Shown: positions 8,974 to 19,217, counted from the first letter of the stretch. The stretch is DNA of 32,000 bases from Trichodesmium erythraeum IMS101 (GCF_000014265.1 NC_008312.1:5340001-5372000); one strand, 5' to 3'. Translations and numbers: made by a program. Notes: generated by a model not told the origin, from the letters alone.

Positions 8974-10791
8974 ATGAAAGAAAATAACATTAAACTACTA
9001 CTTAAAAACCAATGGTTTCACCTAATAATATTATTATTCTGGCTAACAGTTGGCATTATGATCCGGATCACAAACTTAGCCGCAAAACCAGCCTCATCCA
9101 TTGAAATTGCCACATTAGGCTATAGCTTAGGGCATAGCTTTTTTGACCTACCCTTAGATCAAATTATCACCCTAAATGAACTACTCTCACCCTTAAAATT
9201 TGAATCAACCTCTACCGCCATCGACGTAGTTGATCAGTTACTAAGAGAAGATACCCATCCCCCAGTCTACTTTGTATTAAGTCATTTGTGGCTTAAGTTA
9301 TTCAGCACTGACGGAGAAATAGTTTCTCTCTGGGCTGGGCGTTCCCTAAGTGTTATTTTAGGCGTAGCAGCCATTCCAGCAATTTTTAGCTTAGGTAAGC
9401 TAGCATTTTCCCCATTAGTAGGTCATATAGCAGCCGCATTAATGGCTGTTTCTCCTTATGGCATTTACCTCGCCCAAGAATGTCGCCATCATACCCTAAC
9501 CATATTATGGACTATTGCTTCTATAGCTTGCTTAATTAAAATAGCACCCTATATCAAAAAACATAAAGCATTTCCAATTTGGTTAGGCTCCGCCTGGGTT
9601 GCCATCAATAGCTTAGGAGTTGCCACCCATTATATTTTTATTTTAGTGTTAGCTACAGAAGGTTTAGTTATAGGAGTTTTTTGGCTAAAAGATATAGAAA
9701 ACAGACTTCAAAATTATTGGTGGCGAATTTATCTAGTAGCTTTAGGAACATTTGTTAGTTGTTTAGTTTGGTTACCCGTAGTCACCAGCGCTGCTAATAA
9801 TAAACTTACTGGGTGGATATCAACCAGCTTCGATCTTGATGAAATTTGGCACCCTATCCCCCGTTTGTTAGGTTGGACTCTGACAATGGTATGGCTTTTG
9901 CCCGTTGAAGGAACAAATTTATTTGTAACTATCTTATCCGGAGTCACCCTTTTAGTTGCATTATTGTGGGTTATTCCCAAACTATGGCAAGGAGGGAAAG
10001 CACAGATGAGGGATCTTCCAAACCGTTTATTTTTTCAAATATTTGTGAGTTTTTTAGTAGGAGCGATCGCCTTATTTTTAGTAATTATTTATGGTATGGG
10101 TAGAGACTTATCTCTTGCTGCCCGCTATCAAATTGTTTATTTTCCTGTTGTAATTATTTTATTAGCCGCAATATTAGGGAAATGTTGGAACAGCTCAGAA
10201 AAAGAAACAGAAGTAAAAAAAGTTTTTTCTGACAAACAGACGGGTCAAGTCAAAAAGGAAAGAGTAATAAAAAAAGAGTTAATTATTAGTTCTGCCACAA
10301 GGATAATTGTTTCCAACTTAAAACCAATCAATAAAAGAGTTGTAATTGTAGTTTTGTTAATCAGTTTTTGGGGTGGGTTAACAGTAATTAACAACTATGG
10401 TTATCAAAGGTCAAGGCGTGCAGATATTCTAGTTAAAGAGATGCAAACACAATCTAAAGCAGCGCCATTAATTGCGACAACCTATCAAACCCATGCAGAA
10501 ATTCGTGCTTTAATTGCACTTGGTTTGGAGTTAAAACGCCAAGAAGATAAAAGCAATACATCGGGAAATTTTCAACCTCAATTTATATTAGCTAAAAGAC
10601 AACAAAATAAAAAATTAACCCCAGATTCAACTTTAGCTAAATTTCTATCTCAAAAATCAAAACCAATTGACTTATGGGGAATTAACTTAAAAATAGAAGC
10701 CAGGGAATTAGAAGCTTTTAACTGTCAAAAATATTCTGGGAATCAACCAAAAATTAATGGTTATAGTTATAGGTTGTATCATTGTCGTTAA
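8974..10791 (+). CDS. Multi-pass membrane GT-C fold glycosyltransferase (PMT_2/ArnT-like, GT39/83-type), 605 aa
   Basis: About 12 hydrophobic segments. HPPVYFVLSHLW, AGRSLSVILGVAAIPAIF and SPYGIYLAQECRHHTL resemble PMT_2-family signatures. The C-terminal part is soluble and Lys-rich. Confidence 0.6.
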   Translation: MKENNIKLLLKNQWFHLIILLFWLTVGIMIRITNLAAKPASSIEIATLGYSLGHSFFDLPLDQIITLNELLSPLKFESTSTAIDVVDQLLREDTHPPVYFVLSHLWLKLFSTDGEIVSLWAGRSLSVILGVAAIPAIFSLGKLAFSPLVGHIAAALMAVSPYGIYLAQECRHHTLTILWTIASIACLIKIAPYIKKHKAFPIWLGSAWVAINSLGVATHYIFILVLATEGLVIGVFWLKDIENRLQNYWWRIYLVALGTFVSCLVWLPVVTSAANNKLTGWISTSFDLDEIWHPIPRLLGWTLTMVWLLPVEGTNLFVTILSGVTLLVALLWVIPKLWQGGKAQMRDLPNRLFFQIFVSFLVGAIALFLVIIYGMGRDLSLAARYQIVYFPVVIILLAAILGKCWNSSEKETEVKKVFSDKQTGQVKKERVIKKELIISSATRIIVSNLKPINKRVVIVVLLISFWGGLTVINNYGYQRSRRADILVKEMQTQSKAAPLIATTYQTHAEIRALIALGLELKRQEDKSNTSGNFQPQFILAKRQQNKKLTPDSTLAKFLSQKSKPIDLWGINLKIEARELEAFNCQKYSGNQPKINGYSYRLYHCR

Positions 10792-10975
10792 TTTTATTCA
10801 GATGAGAATTTTTCCAAGAATCTATCAAACCTAACTTTTTAGCTAGCGCACATAAAATGGTATTATAAAAATCATCACCTAAGATTCAGTTCCTCTGTAA
10901 TAAAAACAGAAAAATATTTGCAAGTGCAAGAGAAAAAAAATCCATTTTACACCCTATTTTTTTTTAAAATTTCAT

Positions 10976-11644
10976 ATGAATAATTTATCTCCAAAACGGG
11001 TAATAAAATTTTTAATCTTTATTATTATCGGCTTAAGTATTACGAGTCTTATCGGACAAATTTTTGAGTATTTTACTCAACCTAGCCATCAAAAAATAAT
11101 TGATAAGATAAACGTAGATGGAGAATATACAATTCCTTCATTATTTTCCTCCTTTAGTTTACTTTATTGCTCCATTATTCTGGGGTGGATTTCCCGGAAA
11201 AAATGGCAAAATCAAGATAAATATACTGGGAAATGGATAGGCTTATCTGTAATATTTTTTTATTTGGCACTTGATGAAACAATTAGCCTGCACGAACAGC
11301 TAATTCATCCTTTGCGAAAACTGCTAAATGCAACAGGAATATTTTATTATACTTGGGTAATTCCAGGATTAATGTTAGTAACTGTAGTTGTATTGATTTA
11401 TTGGAAATTTGTTCAGGAACTACCGCCAAAAATAAAACATCTATTTTTTTTATCTGCAATATTTTATGTTGGAGGTGCAATTGGCATGGAAATGATTAAC
11501 GGATATTACTCTTATTTATATGATAGTGAGATGTTTGTTTATGAAATATTAGTAACAATTGAAGAATTTTTTGAGATGTTAGGAGTTGCTGTATTTATTT
11601 ATGGGCTTTTGTGCTATTTAAAATTAGACTTAATTGATAATTAA
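10976..11644 (+). CDS. Uncharacterised multi-pass membrane protein, paralog A (222 aa)
   Basis: Clear paralogy with 12107-12814. Matching pairs: LALDETISLHEQLI/LAVDEIASIHEILI, WVIPGLMLV/WVIPGTILV, YVGGAIGMEMINGYY/YIGGALGLEMVGSYY, TIEEFFEMLGVAVFIYGLLCYL/TIEEVMEMMGCVVFIYGLLTYL. Confidence 0.7.
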   Translation: MNNLSPKRVIKFLIFIIIGLSITSLIGQIFEYFTQPSHQKIIDKINVDGEYTIPSLFSSFSLLYCSIILGWISRKKWQNQDKYTGKWIGLSVIFFYLALDETISLHEQLIHPLRKLLNATGIFYYTWVIPGLMLVTVVVLIYWKFVQELPPKIKHLFFLSAIFYVGGAIGMEMINGYYSYLYDSEMFVYEILVTIEEFFEMLGVAVFIYGLLCYLKLDLIDN

Positions 11645-12106
11645 TTAATATTTTTTAATATCCAAAATTATATCCATTTGAATAGTTATATAGCTAATTT
11701 TCAGCATCACAAACATAAGCTGTATAGCTATATTTAGTAAAAATAATTTAGTAGGATATTGCCAGGGTGAGGGTAGATTATCATTAGAAATATGCTGTAA
11801 ATAACTAAATAGGAATAGGAGTCATAATTCAGGCATAATTATCTACATATATTTCTGATAGATAACTTTAGATATTAAAGCTAGCAGCAGAAAAATTAGA
11901 GAGAAATTATTACTAATAGTTCCTTTGTAATTGCTATTTATCCGTGATGAGCTGCTGACCTGCAACAAACCTCACCTATCACCACAAAACTTTTTCAGGA
12001 AAACCTATTTACCTTTTTTCCTAACCTCGTAATAACCAACTCAAGATATAAGCTAAAAAATTTTTTGAGAAATGGTATAAACTTTTTATAATTCAGGTTT
12101 TTTTCA

Positions 12107-12814
12107 ATGAAATTTCAAATCACAATTTCTCCTTATAATGTTGCTAAATACTTAACCTTTGGTATAATATTTTTAACTATATGCAGCATTGCTATTCAGA
12201 TAGGTAAATACATTTTTGATTACCGCGAACCCTGGACAAGAATATTTAATCTTGACCGAGAAATGAATATTCCCACTTGGTATTCAGGCTTAATGTTAGT
12301 ATCTTGTGGATTAATTACTAGAGGTATTTTTTCCATCAAAAAACTAGAATCTGACCGTTGGTGGCGACAATGGCGGACCCTCTCAATTATCTTTTTTATA
12401 TTAGCAGTTGACGAAATAGCTAGTATCCATGAAATTCTGATTATTGATGACTTAGCAGATGCTTTAAATCTTCCTAGTTTCTGGCATTCTGTGTGGGTAA
12501 TTCCAGGAACAATTTTAGTTGGTATTTTTATCTGGAAATATTGGAAATTTATTCTAGATTTACCAAAAGAATTAAAACGAAATTTCCTAATTTCTCTTAG
12601 TTTATATATAGGTGGTGCATTGGGTCTAGAAATGGTCGGAAGTTACTATGATGGAATTGATGGTCAGCAAAACTTAGTTTATGCAATGTTAGCCACTATA
12701 GAAGAAGTAATGGAAATGATGGGATGTGTAGTTTTTATCTATGGGTTATTAACTTATTTAGGCAAGTTAAACTCAAGAATACAAGTTAACTTTAACATTA
12801 AAAATCAGGAGTAA
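12107..12814 (+). CDS. Uncharacterised multi-pass membrane protein, paralog B (235 aa)
   Basis: See paralog A. Same motif order and spacing. Confidence 0.7.
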   Translation: MKFQITISPYNVAKYLTFGIIFLTICSIAIQIGKYIFDYREPWTRIFNLDREMNIPTWYSGLMLVSCGLITRGIFSIKKLESDRWWRQWRTLSIIFFILAVDEIASIHEILIIDDLADALNLPSFWHSVWVIPGTILVGIFIWKYWKFILDLPKELKRNFLISLSLYIGGALGLEMVGSYYDGIDGQQNLVYAMLATIEEVMEMMGCVVFIYGLLTYLGKLNSRIQVNFNIKNQE

Positions 12815-13044
12815 ACTTACTTGCTAGCCATAGATTTTTTTTAGGGTTTAGACTAACTACCCAAATAAATTAAACCCTAAAGTTTAGTCTAGTATTATTT
12901 TATCTAAGTTCCCTATTCAGCACCAAAAAAGTTGATGATTAACCAAAATTTAGAAATTCAATTTCAGATCCTTGATTCCTAACTTAAATTAATCATATAA
13001 AGTAAGTTAATGCTTATAATTTTGGTAGTAAGCATTTAGCCCTT

Positions 13045-13079
13045 AGCTATTAGTTATGAGCTATCAGCTATGAGTTATT
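13045..13079. repeat. Five tandem degenerate heptamers AGYTATN (STRR-like)
   Basis: AGCTATT AGTTATG AGCTATC AGCTATG AGTTATT, read directly. Confidence 0.8.
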
Positions 13080-13426
13080 AATTTATTATATTGGAAGGAG
13101 AAACTAGTCTCCAAGGAGAATTAAAAAGTTATGTTTTCAGAGCATAATTTTTGTGCATAACTCCCTCTATCAGTAAAGGAAAAAAATATTAAGAATGTCA
13201 TGTAATTGTTCATCATTTAACCTTAAGTAATTGCTTGCATAAATTCAAAAATTGAAAGCTGGCTGCTAAAGAGCTAAATGTTTACCAAAGATTTATTATC
13301 AATATTTATCAATATTTATAGAGAGATAGGTAAAAGGTCTCAGGAGAAAGCCCATAAGCAGCACAATTTTTGATATTTGATATAACTTCTAAATAATAGC
13401 TAACAGCGAAATGGATAAGATTTCAA

Positions 13427-14902
13427 TTATTTTTTCACATTTTTTACTTCAATAATCTTTTTCAATAAATTAAACCAAAAATCAGCCCCCATAGATATTG
13501 CTATTCCACTAATTATCCAACCCAATAATCTTTTTAACCATTTCAAGTAATCAGATGATTGATTTTCTACTGCTTGATCAGTTAGTACATCATTCCCCCA
13601 ACCAATAGGTAATTTCACATCATCTAATGCAACATTAACCTGATTTTGAATATTCTCTATATCCATCTCATCAGAATTAGAACTATTATTAATTAACTCC
13701 TGAGAATAATAATTAATAGTTGCTCGCATCAACGAATCTTTTGATAAATGGTCGATTAAATTTAACGTATCAAGATTAGTAGCTATAGCAATAGTAATAC
13801 CAAGCAAAAAAGCAACTCCCCTAGCATTACGCTTGTAAACATTAGCAGCTCTTTCCATCCCATTATCAAACCATTGCTCAACTTCTTTTTGAAATTGATT
13901 TAAAGTATCACCTGTTGTAGTAATTTTAGTTGTAGCTTGTTGAGCTAAAATATATAAACTATTTTGTAAAGATTCAGGTAGCTGTTCCAGGGTTTCCTCA
14001 ACTTTTTTATATATTTTCCCCTTTCTACTTTGCAAATCTACTTGAGAAACTTTTGCCATTTCGGTCCACCTTCTCCAGAACTCTAGTAAATTAGAGAAAC
14101 TTGGTTCAATCTCACTGACTAAAACTTCTCTCTCTTGGGGATTTGTTAATACTTGCTTAACTAAAATCATTTTCTCCTCAAATTTACAATGGGTTATTTG
14201 TGGCAAATCTTGTAAAGATTTTTTTATAAATAAATTTAACCGATTTAATATTCTGTCTAAAGTCAGGTTTATATTTGCTAAATCATTTTTTTTATATTTA
14301 TTATATATAACATTTAACTCTTGATATAAATGATTTAAATTAGCTTTCATTTCATTTTTGGTAGCATCTTTTAAATCCAGATCATTTAAAATACTATTAA
14401 TTTGTATCAATTTTTTATTGATAAAATCTTCGAGTTGATAATTACTAATTGTTTTAATTAAATCTGGAATTTTTAAAGTATCAATTAAACTAGCAGCAAA
14501 TGTATTTGATGGAATCTGAGACGGAGCTGTTGTTTCCCCGTCAAAATTTTTTTTAACTCTAGTTAAACCACTAATTAAATCACTAATTCTATTGGTAAAT
14601 TTTCTAAATATTCTTTCTAATCCAATTTTGCCACCACTGTAATTAAGATCTTTAATTAATGGATTTTTATATATAGAATTAGTTAGTTGCTGTACCTTTT
14701 TGATGTGTAAATCTGATTCTAAATTATCATTATCAATATAAGTTTGACCACTTATTAATTCTTCAATTGATTGTTTTAAATGGACTGCTCTCCATTGCAA
14801 AATAGTTGTCAAAATTGATTGAATTTCACTAGCTAGTAAACTGAAAGTAAGGTAAACAAAGATTAAGCCAATGACTATATCTAAAATAACAGGCAAGTTC
14901 AT
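13427..14902 (-). CDS. Conserved-type membrane protein with N- and C-terminal TM segments and a long Asn/Lys/Leu-rich coiled-coil middle (491 aa), function unknown
   Basis: The N-terminus (ILDIVIGLIFVYLTFSLLASEIQSILTTILQWRAVHLKQSIEELI) and C-terminus (LLGWIISGIAISMGADFWFNLLKKII) match a widespread uncharacterised family pattern (LL.S.I.E....L..R...L and GA.FWFDLL) that I recall but cannot name. Confidence 0.6.
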   Translation of the reverse strand: MNLPVILDIVIGLIFVYLTFSLLASEIQSILTTILQWRAVHLKQSIEELISGQTYIDNDNLESDLHIKKVQQLTNSIYKNPLIKDLNYSGGKIGLERIFRKFTNRISDLISGLTRVKKNFDGETTAPSQIPSNTFAASLIDTLKIPDLIKTISNYQLEDFINKKLIQINSILNDLDLKDATKNEMKANLNHLYQELNVIYNKYKKNDLANINLTLDRILNRLNLFIKKSLQDLPQITHCKFEEKMILVKQVLTNPQEREVLVSEIEPSFSNLLEFWRRWTEMAKVSQVDLQSRKGKIYKKVEETLEQLPESLQNSLYILAQQATTKITTTGDTLNQFQKEVEQWFDNGMERAANVYKRNARGVAFLLGITIAIATNLDTLNLIDHLSKDSLMRATINYYSQELINNSSNSDEMDIENIQNQVNVALDDVKLPIGWGNDVLTDQAVENQSSDYLKWLKRLLGWIISGIAISMGADFWFNLLKKIIEVKNVKK

Positions 14903-15115
14903 ATTAAATAGTTAGTTTGAATATAGAACAAATATAAGTCTACCTCATTAGCTTGAGAAACGCTATATATTAAATTAATACAGGGCTAATACACCAAAAC
15001 AATATAACTGGTTCATTGCTGTGATTATTGTATTTTGTACTTAAGGAAAATTTTGTTTGATCAACAAATTTCTAGATAAGCCCTACTCAGATAAACTTAC
15101 TAATCAGATAATTGG

Positions 15116-16810
15116 ATGCTTAACAAAATATTAACAAAGAAAAACTTACATTCTCATATAGATTTACTGCTAACGCTAGGCTTATTGCTAGCAGCAGTAG
15201 TACTTTTTTCTACTAATTTAGGAACATTGCCTTTACGAGACTGGGATGAAGGAATAGTTGCCCAAGTAGCCAGAGAAATCAGCCGAGACAAGTGGAATTG
15301 GCTTTATCCTACTATCAATAATACTCCTTATTTTAATAAACCACCATTGATACATTGGTTGATCGCTTTTATCTATAGTATTGCAGGAGTCAATGAATTC
15401 AATGCCCGTTTATTTCCCGCTTTGTTAACAGCATTTTCTGTACCTTTAATCTATGGTATTAGTCGAGAATTATTTCACCCACGCACTCCGGCAATTTTTA
15501 CCGCTTTGGTTTACTTAACTTTACTCCCTGTAGTGCGACATGGGCGTTTAGCAATGTTAGATGGTGCAGTAGTTTGTTTTTTTTTATTAATGATTTGGTG
15601 CGTATTGCGCTCACGGCAAAACCTCCGCTATTCTCTCCCTATTGGTATTAGTTTTGCTTTAGTTTCCCTCAGCAAAGGAATTATTTTAGGATTACTTTTA
15701 GGAGCGATCGCTTTTTTGTTTCTCTGGTGGGATACTCCCCGACTATTAAGCAATAAATATTTTTGGAGTGGTATCCTATTAGGTATGTTACCAGTTTTTC
15801 TATGGTACACAGCTCAATTTTTTCATTACGGCGTTGAATTTTTCTATGCCAACTTTTTCCATCAATCTTTAAAACGTATTTGGCAACAAGTAGGTAATCA
15901 TGATGGACCTATTTGGTATTATTTATTAGAAATTATTAAGTATAGTTTTCCATGGCAGCTATTCTGGTTACCAGGATTATATTTGAGTTGGAAAAATCGT
16001 AGTCTGAGTTGGGGTAAATTAGTTTTGATTTGGACTGGAGTTTATCTGTTTGCTATTTCATTAATGAATACAAAACTTCCTTGGTATGTGTTACCTATTT
16101 ATCCAGCTTTTGCCTTAGCAGTAGGTAGTTATATAACAGAAATCTGGGATCAATTTCCATTAGACTTAGGATGCTTTTGGTTTTCAGGTGATAAATATCT
16201 TCCAACTCACGGAGATCATAAAAAACATCTCTGGAGTCTTCCCACTATTTACCATCGTTTAGTAGTAGCTTTATTTGCACTACTAGCAATAATAGCTTGG
16301 GCTGCTTCTGTTTACTTTAGTGGGATTTTTGATCTAGGGGAGCAAAATTTAGCAAAACCTAACTTACAGTTACAGTTAGTTGCTGTGGCTCTTGCATTGA
16401 CAATGACAATGGTAACTCTACTGTTAAATAAACAACAGCATCAATTTTTATTAATTTTGATTTGGGGAACATATCTTTCACTGCTAATGTTTGTTAGCTC
16501 TCCTTATTGGATATGGGAATTGGAAGAAAATTATCCAGTCAAACCAGTCGCAGAAATGATTCAGAAAGATACCCCCCCGGGTCAGGTTATTTATTCTTTT
16601 GACACTAAAGACCGTCCCTCTTTAAATTTTTATAGCGATCGCCTCATTAAGCGTGTTGGCCCAAAAAAAATTCAACAGCAATGGCAAAAAACAACTCAAC
16701 CCTATTTATTAGTTGAAGCATTAACTCTAAATAATCTCCCCCTAGAAAATTTTCAGGTTTTGAATACTGTCAAAGGATGGTCCTTAGTTACAAGAGAAGG
16801 TAAAAGATAA
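15116..16810 (+). CDS. ArnT/PMT_2-family GT-C glycosyltransferase (undecaprenyl/dolichyl-phosphate-sugar dependent type), 564 aa
   Basis: LPLRDWDEGIVAQVAREI, YFNKPPLIHWLIAFIY and RLFPALLTAFSVPLIYGISRELF are canonical N-terminal motifs of this family. The protein is multi-pass with a C-terminal periplasmic domain. Confidence 0.8.
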   Translation: MLNKILTKKNLHSHIDLLLTLGLLLAAVVLFSTNLGTLPLRDWDEGIVAQVAREISRDKWNWLYPTINNTPYFNKPPLIHWLIAFIYSIAGVNEFNARLFPALLTAFSVPLIYGISRELFHPRTPAIFTALVYLTLLPVVRHGRLAMLDGAVVCFFLLMIWCVLRSRQNLRYSLPIGISFALVSLSKGIILGLLLGAIAFLFLWWDTPRLLSNKYFWSGILLGMLPVFLWYTAQFFHYGVEFFYANFFHQSLKRIWQQVGNHDGPIWYYLLEIIKYSFPWQLFWLPGLYLSWKNRSLSWGKLVLIWTGVYLFAISLMNTKLPWYVLPIYPAFALAVGSYITEIWDQFPLDLGCFWFSGDKYLPTHGDHKKHLWSLPTIYHRLVVALFALLAIIAWAASVYFSGIFDLGEQNLAKPNLQLQLVAVALALTMTMVTLLLNKQQHQFLLILIWGTYLSLLMFVSSPYWIWELEENYPVKPVAEMIQKDTPPGQVIYSFDTKDRPSLNFYSDRLIKRVGPKKIQQQWQKTTQPYLLVEALTLNNLPLENFQVLNTVKGWSLVTREGKR

Positions 16811-16939
16811 ATATCAAGAAAGCAAACAGATAAATGTCATTAAAACACATACTCAATATACTTAGGACAAAGAGCATTGACTTCAACCTTAGAAAAACGA
16901 TTAAATAAGTTTAAGAATTTTTTTCTATCAATAAAAATA

Positions 16940-17350
16940 ATTAGCTCAGAACCATGTAGCTCACACTTGTACTCGCCTCTGTCTTCTAAATTCATAAAAA
17001 CCCATATTAGTAACTACCTCTGCTACTTCTAGAGGTGGGTTATAGTTCGCTATCACAACTGATAGATAATGGTTTTCTATTACTATCCGGCTGTGGTTAA
17101 GAGCCAAGTAAGTAGTTAATTTTTGTTTGACTTTCAAGTTCCCCCATAGGCAGTCTGAAATCAGAAACTGACCCAGAGGTAAGCGATAGGCACCCCAACC
17201 CACTTCTATTTCCTAGGTGGGAGGGGAGCAAGAGTTGGTGCAGCAGCCTGAGTGAAGGGGTAGCTTTGCGCCAGTATCACCTCAACTCACCCTTGGGCTT
17301 CCCCTCGGTAAAGCTCCCTCGATCCCTAAGAACCGGAGAGGGTGTCAAAG
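16940..17350. other. ORF-poor patch, relatively GC-rich, with several local hairpins. Candidate structured RNA, or a diverged solo copy of the GC-rich repeat family seen at 25993-27290.
   Basis: Lies in a convergent spacer between 15116-16810 (+) and 17567-18226 (-). Hairpins: CTACCTCT..AGAGGTGG (~17014-17040), CAGTCTGAAATCAGAAACTG (~17151-17170), CCCCAACCCAC..GTGGGAGGGG (~17193-17225). It shares AGTTGG(C)TGCAGCAG and GCTCCCTCGA with the island, in the same order and orientation. No match to tmRNA, RNase P, SRP, TPP or B12 signatures that I could recognise. Confidence 0.25.
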
Positions 17351-17409
17351 TCGACATTTCCAAAATCAAAATTTGTCTTTAAAGAGTAGATATTTTTTAT
17401 AAGGTAGGA

Positions 17410-17425
17410 ACGTTTCATGAAACGT
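17410..17425. repeat. 16-nt perfect palindrome ACGTTTCATGAAACGT (possible terminator or operator)
   Basis: Read directly. Flanked by GG...CC. Lies 140 nt downstream of the minus-strand GNAT gene. No convincing T-run on either strand. Confidence 0.35.
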
Positions 17426-17566
17426 CCCTAAGTTTTAGTGAAGAAGGAAGACCAAAGTTGGAATAAATATCGCAAAAAAAAACGGACAAATTAAAAATTG
17501 ATGGGAGTAGCTATTTTTAAGCTACCCTTATTGAAATGCACTTCACATTACGTTAGTGGATTCTTT

Positions 17567-18226
17567 TTAGGAAAGTGGTATAAGCAATTTTTCCATTAAA
17601 ATACAACTTTTATGTTCTTTTATTCCCTCAAATATTTTGATTCCTTGATATTCATAGTTCTGGTAATCTATTGAACACTTATCCTTAAACCCATAGTTTC
17701 TAAAAATGTGCTGGGATTTATTGCCAGTAGCTTCTACTTTAACCAATGAAAATTTTTCTTCACTTGCTATTTTGAGATTATGTTCAAGTAATTTCTTACC
17801 AATATTTTTGTTTTTATATTCTTCTCTAACTCCTAATAAAAAAATATAAAATACCTTGCTTATCAGGTTTGTTTTATGTATTTCGTATTGCTCATTTAGC
17901 TCTTTTAAAAATTGAAAAAGAGTATCCATTTTTTGATTTTGACAAATATTATTGTAGATTTCTTCAGATAAGTTATTTGATAAATCCTGTGAAATAATAA
18001 ACCCTACAACTTGATAATTAACCGGTTCTTTAGCAATCACAGATAATTTATCTTCTACAGCTTTTTGGCAAATTATCTTAGCAAAAGGATAAAACTCGTT
18101 AGGAGAAATTTTAAGTTCTTTTGTAATCGGCTCTGCACTAGTAAATACATCAATTAAACAGTTAATTGCTTGCTCTATATCTCTTTCTTGTAAAAGTTGA
18201 TATATAATTCCATTTTGTTTTGACAT
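17567..18226 (-). CDS. GNAT-family N-acetyltransferase, 219 aa
   Basis: VGFIISQD...FLLGVREEYKNKNIGKKLLEHNLKIASEEKFSLVKVEATGNKSQHIFRNYGFK fits the acetyl-CoA binding motif A region. Confidence 0.75.
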   Translation of the reverse strand: MSKQNGIIYQLLQERDIEQAINCLIDVFTSAEPITKELKISPNEFYPFAKIICQKAVEDKLSVIAKEPVNYQVVGFIISQDLSNNLSEEIYNNICQNQKMDTLFQFLKELNEQYEIHKTNLISKVFYIFLLGVREEYKNKNIGKKLLEHNLKIASEEKFSLVKVEATGNKSQHIFRNYGFKDKCSIDYQNYEYQGIKIFEGIKEHKSCILMEKLLIPLS

Positions 18227-18454
18227 AGTTATATTAACTCCTCAAACAATTTTGAACTCTTGAAACAACTTTGATATAAGATTATAGGAATTTTGATTTT
18301 TACTTAATGCTTAAGTATCGTAGTTTAATTATTCAAAAAGAATGGTATAAATCAATTATTTAAAATTAGGTTCAAAACTTTAATTAATGATTATAGCTAA
18401 AGTCATGATTATAAAGTCATTAGATATATCTAGAATTAGGGATATTTGATATGA

Positions 18455-18853
18455 CTACGGATTCTTCTTACTATTCAATAAGTCTTTATCTTTTACCCAC
18501 TCTAATACTCCATCAAATATATTCAACTTCAAATCAAATATACTTAGAGTAGCGATCGCTCCTCCAAATAATATGGCACTACCTATCACCATAGCTATTG
18601 GTAGATACTGACGAGTCAAGTCACGGCGCAACCTGGCCAAAGGTTTACTTTGTCTTCTGAGCATTTGTCCAATATATAGCTGTTGGAGCGCCAACGGGTC
18701 TCTGACATAGTGGCCACTCCAACTTATTACTAGATGGGAATGACAGTATGGACAGGTAAATAGTCCATTCAAAATTCCTACTGGTTGTGCAATACTGGAA
18801 CGATTGCAAATTGGACAAAGTACATAATTACTGTTAGATGTTGGAGCATTCAT
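18455..18853 (-). CDS. Small protein with an N-terminal CxxC...CxxC zinc ribbon and a C-terminal TM segment, 132 aa
   Basis: CPICNRS...CPYCHSHL, followed by the hydrophobic stretch LPIAMVIGSAILFGGAIATLSIF. Confidence 0.55.
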   Translation of the reverse strand: MNAPTSNSNYVLCPICNRSSIAQPVGILNGLFTCPYCHSHLVISWSGHYVRDPLALQQLYIGQMLRRQSKPLARLRRDLTRQYLPIAMVIGSAILFGGAIATLSIFDLKLNIFDGVLEWVKDKDLLNSKKNP

Positions 18854-19217
18854 ATACGTTTTTGAAAAATCAACAAAAATTATTACCAGTTAGACAACTG
18901 AAGTTATTTAATCTGCAATATGAAATGCCTATTGCCTATTATTTATATATTGTAGCCTGATTTGATATTCTTTAGTCTTTTTAAATAAGACTTGAAAATA
19001 CCAGATTTTTTTTTGAGGTTAAGGAAATCTAATAAATTCTAGTAAACTCAAATTTCGAGATTATTCGATTTATTTTCATTCATTTATCAACTGCTCTAAT
19101 TTATTTTTTTTTTGATTTATCCATAATTAGACTAGAAAAATACTCGAAATTCAATTATAGTAAAATAACTGCTACTTATTGTCGCACTTATCACCGCACT
19201 AATAATAAAAAGCTATA

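Noticed and set aside
16961-17203. 80-aa minus-strand ORF (GTG start)
   Set aside because: There is no RBS, a stop lies three codons upstream of the start, the composition is not protein-like, and the ORF sits in a hairpin-rich patch. It is treated as non-coding.
16940-17350. tmRNA, RNase P RNA, SRP RNA or a group II intron domain V in the GC-enriched patch
   Set aside because: The universal signatures are absent on both strands: GGUUUCGAC with a tRNA-like 3' end, GAGGAAAGUCCGGGC with ACAGAACCCGGCUUA, the SRP GGAAGCAGCC helix, and a 34-nt D5 hairpin.
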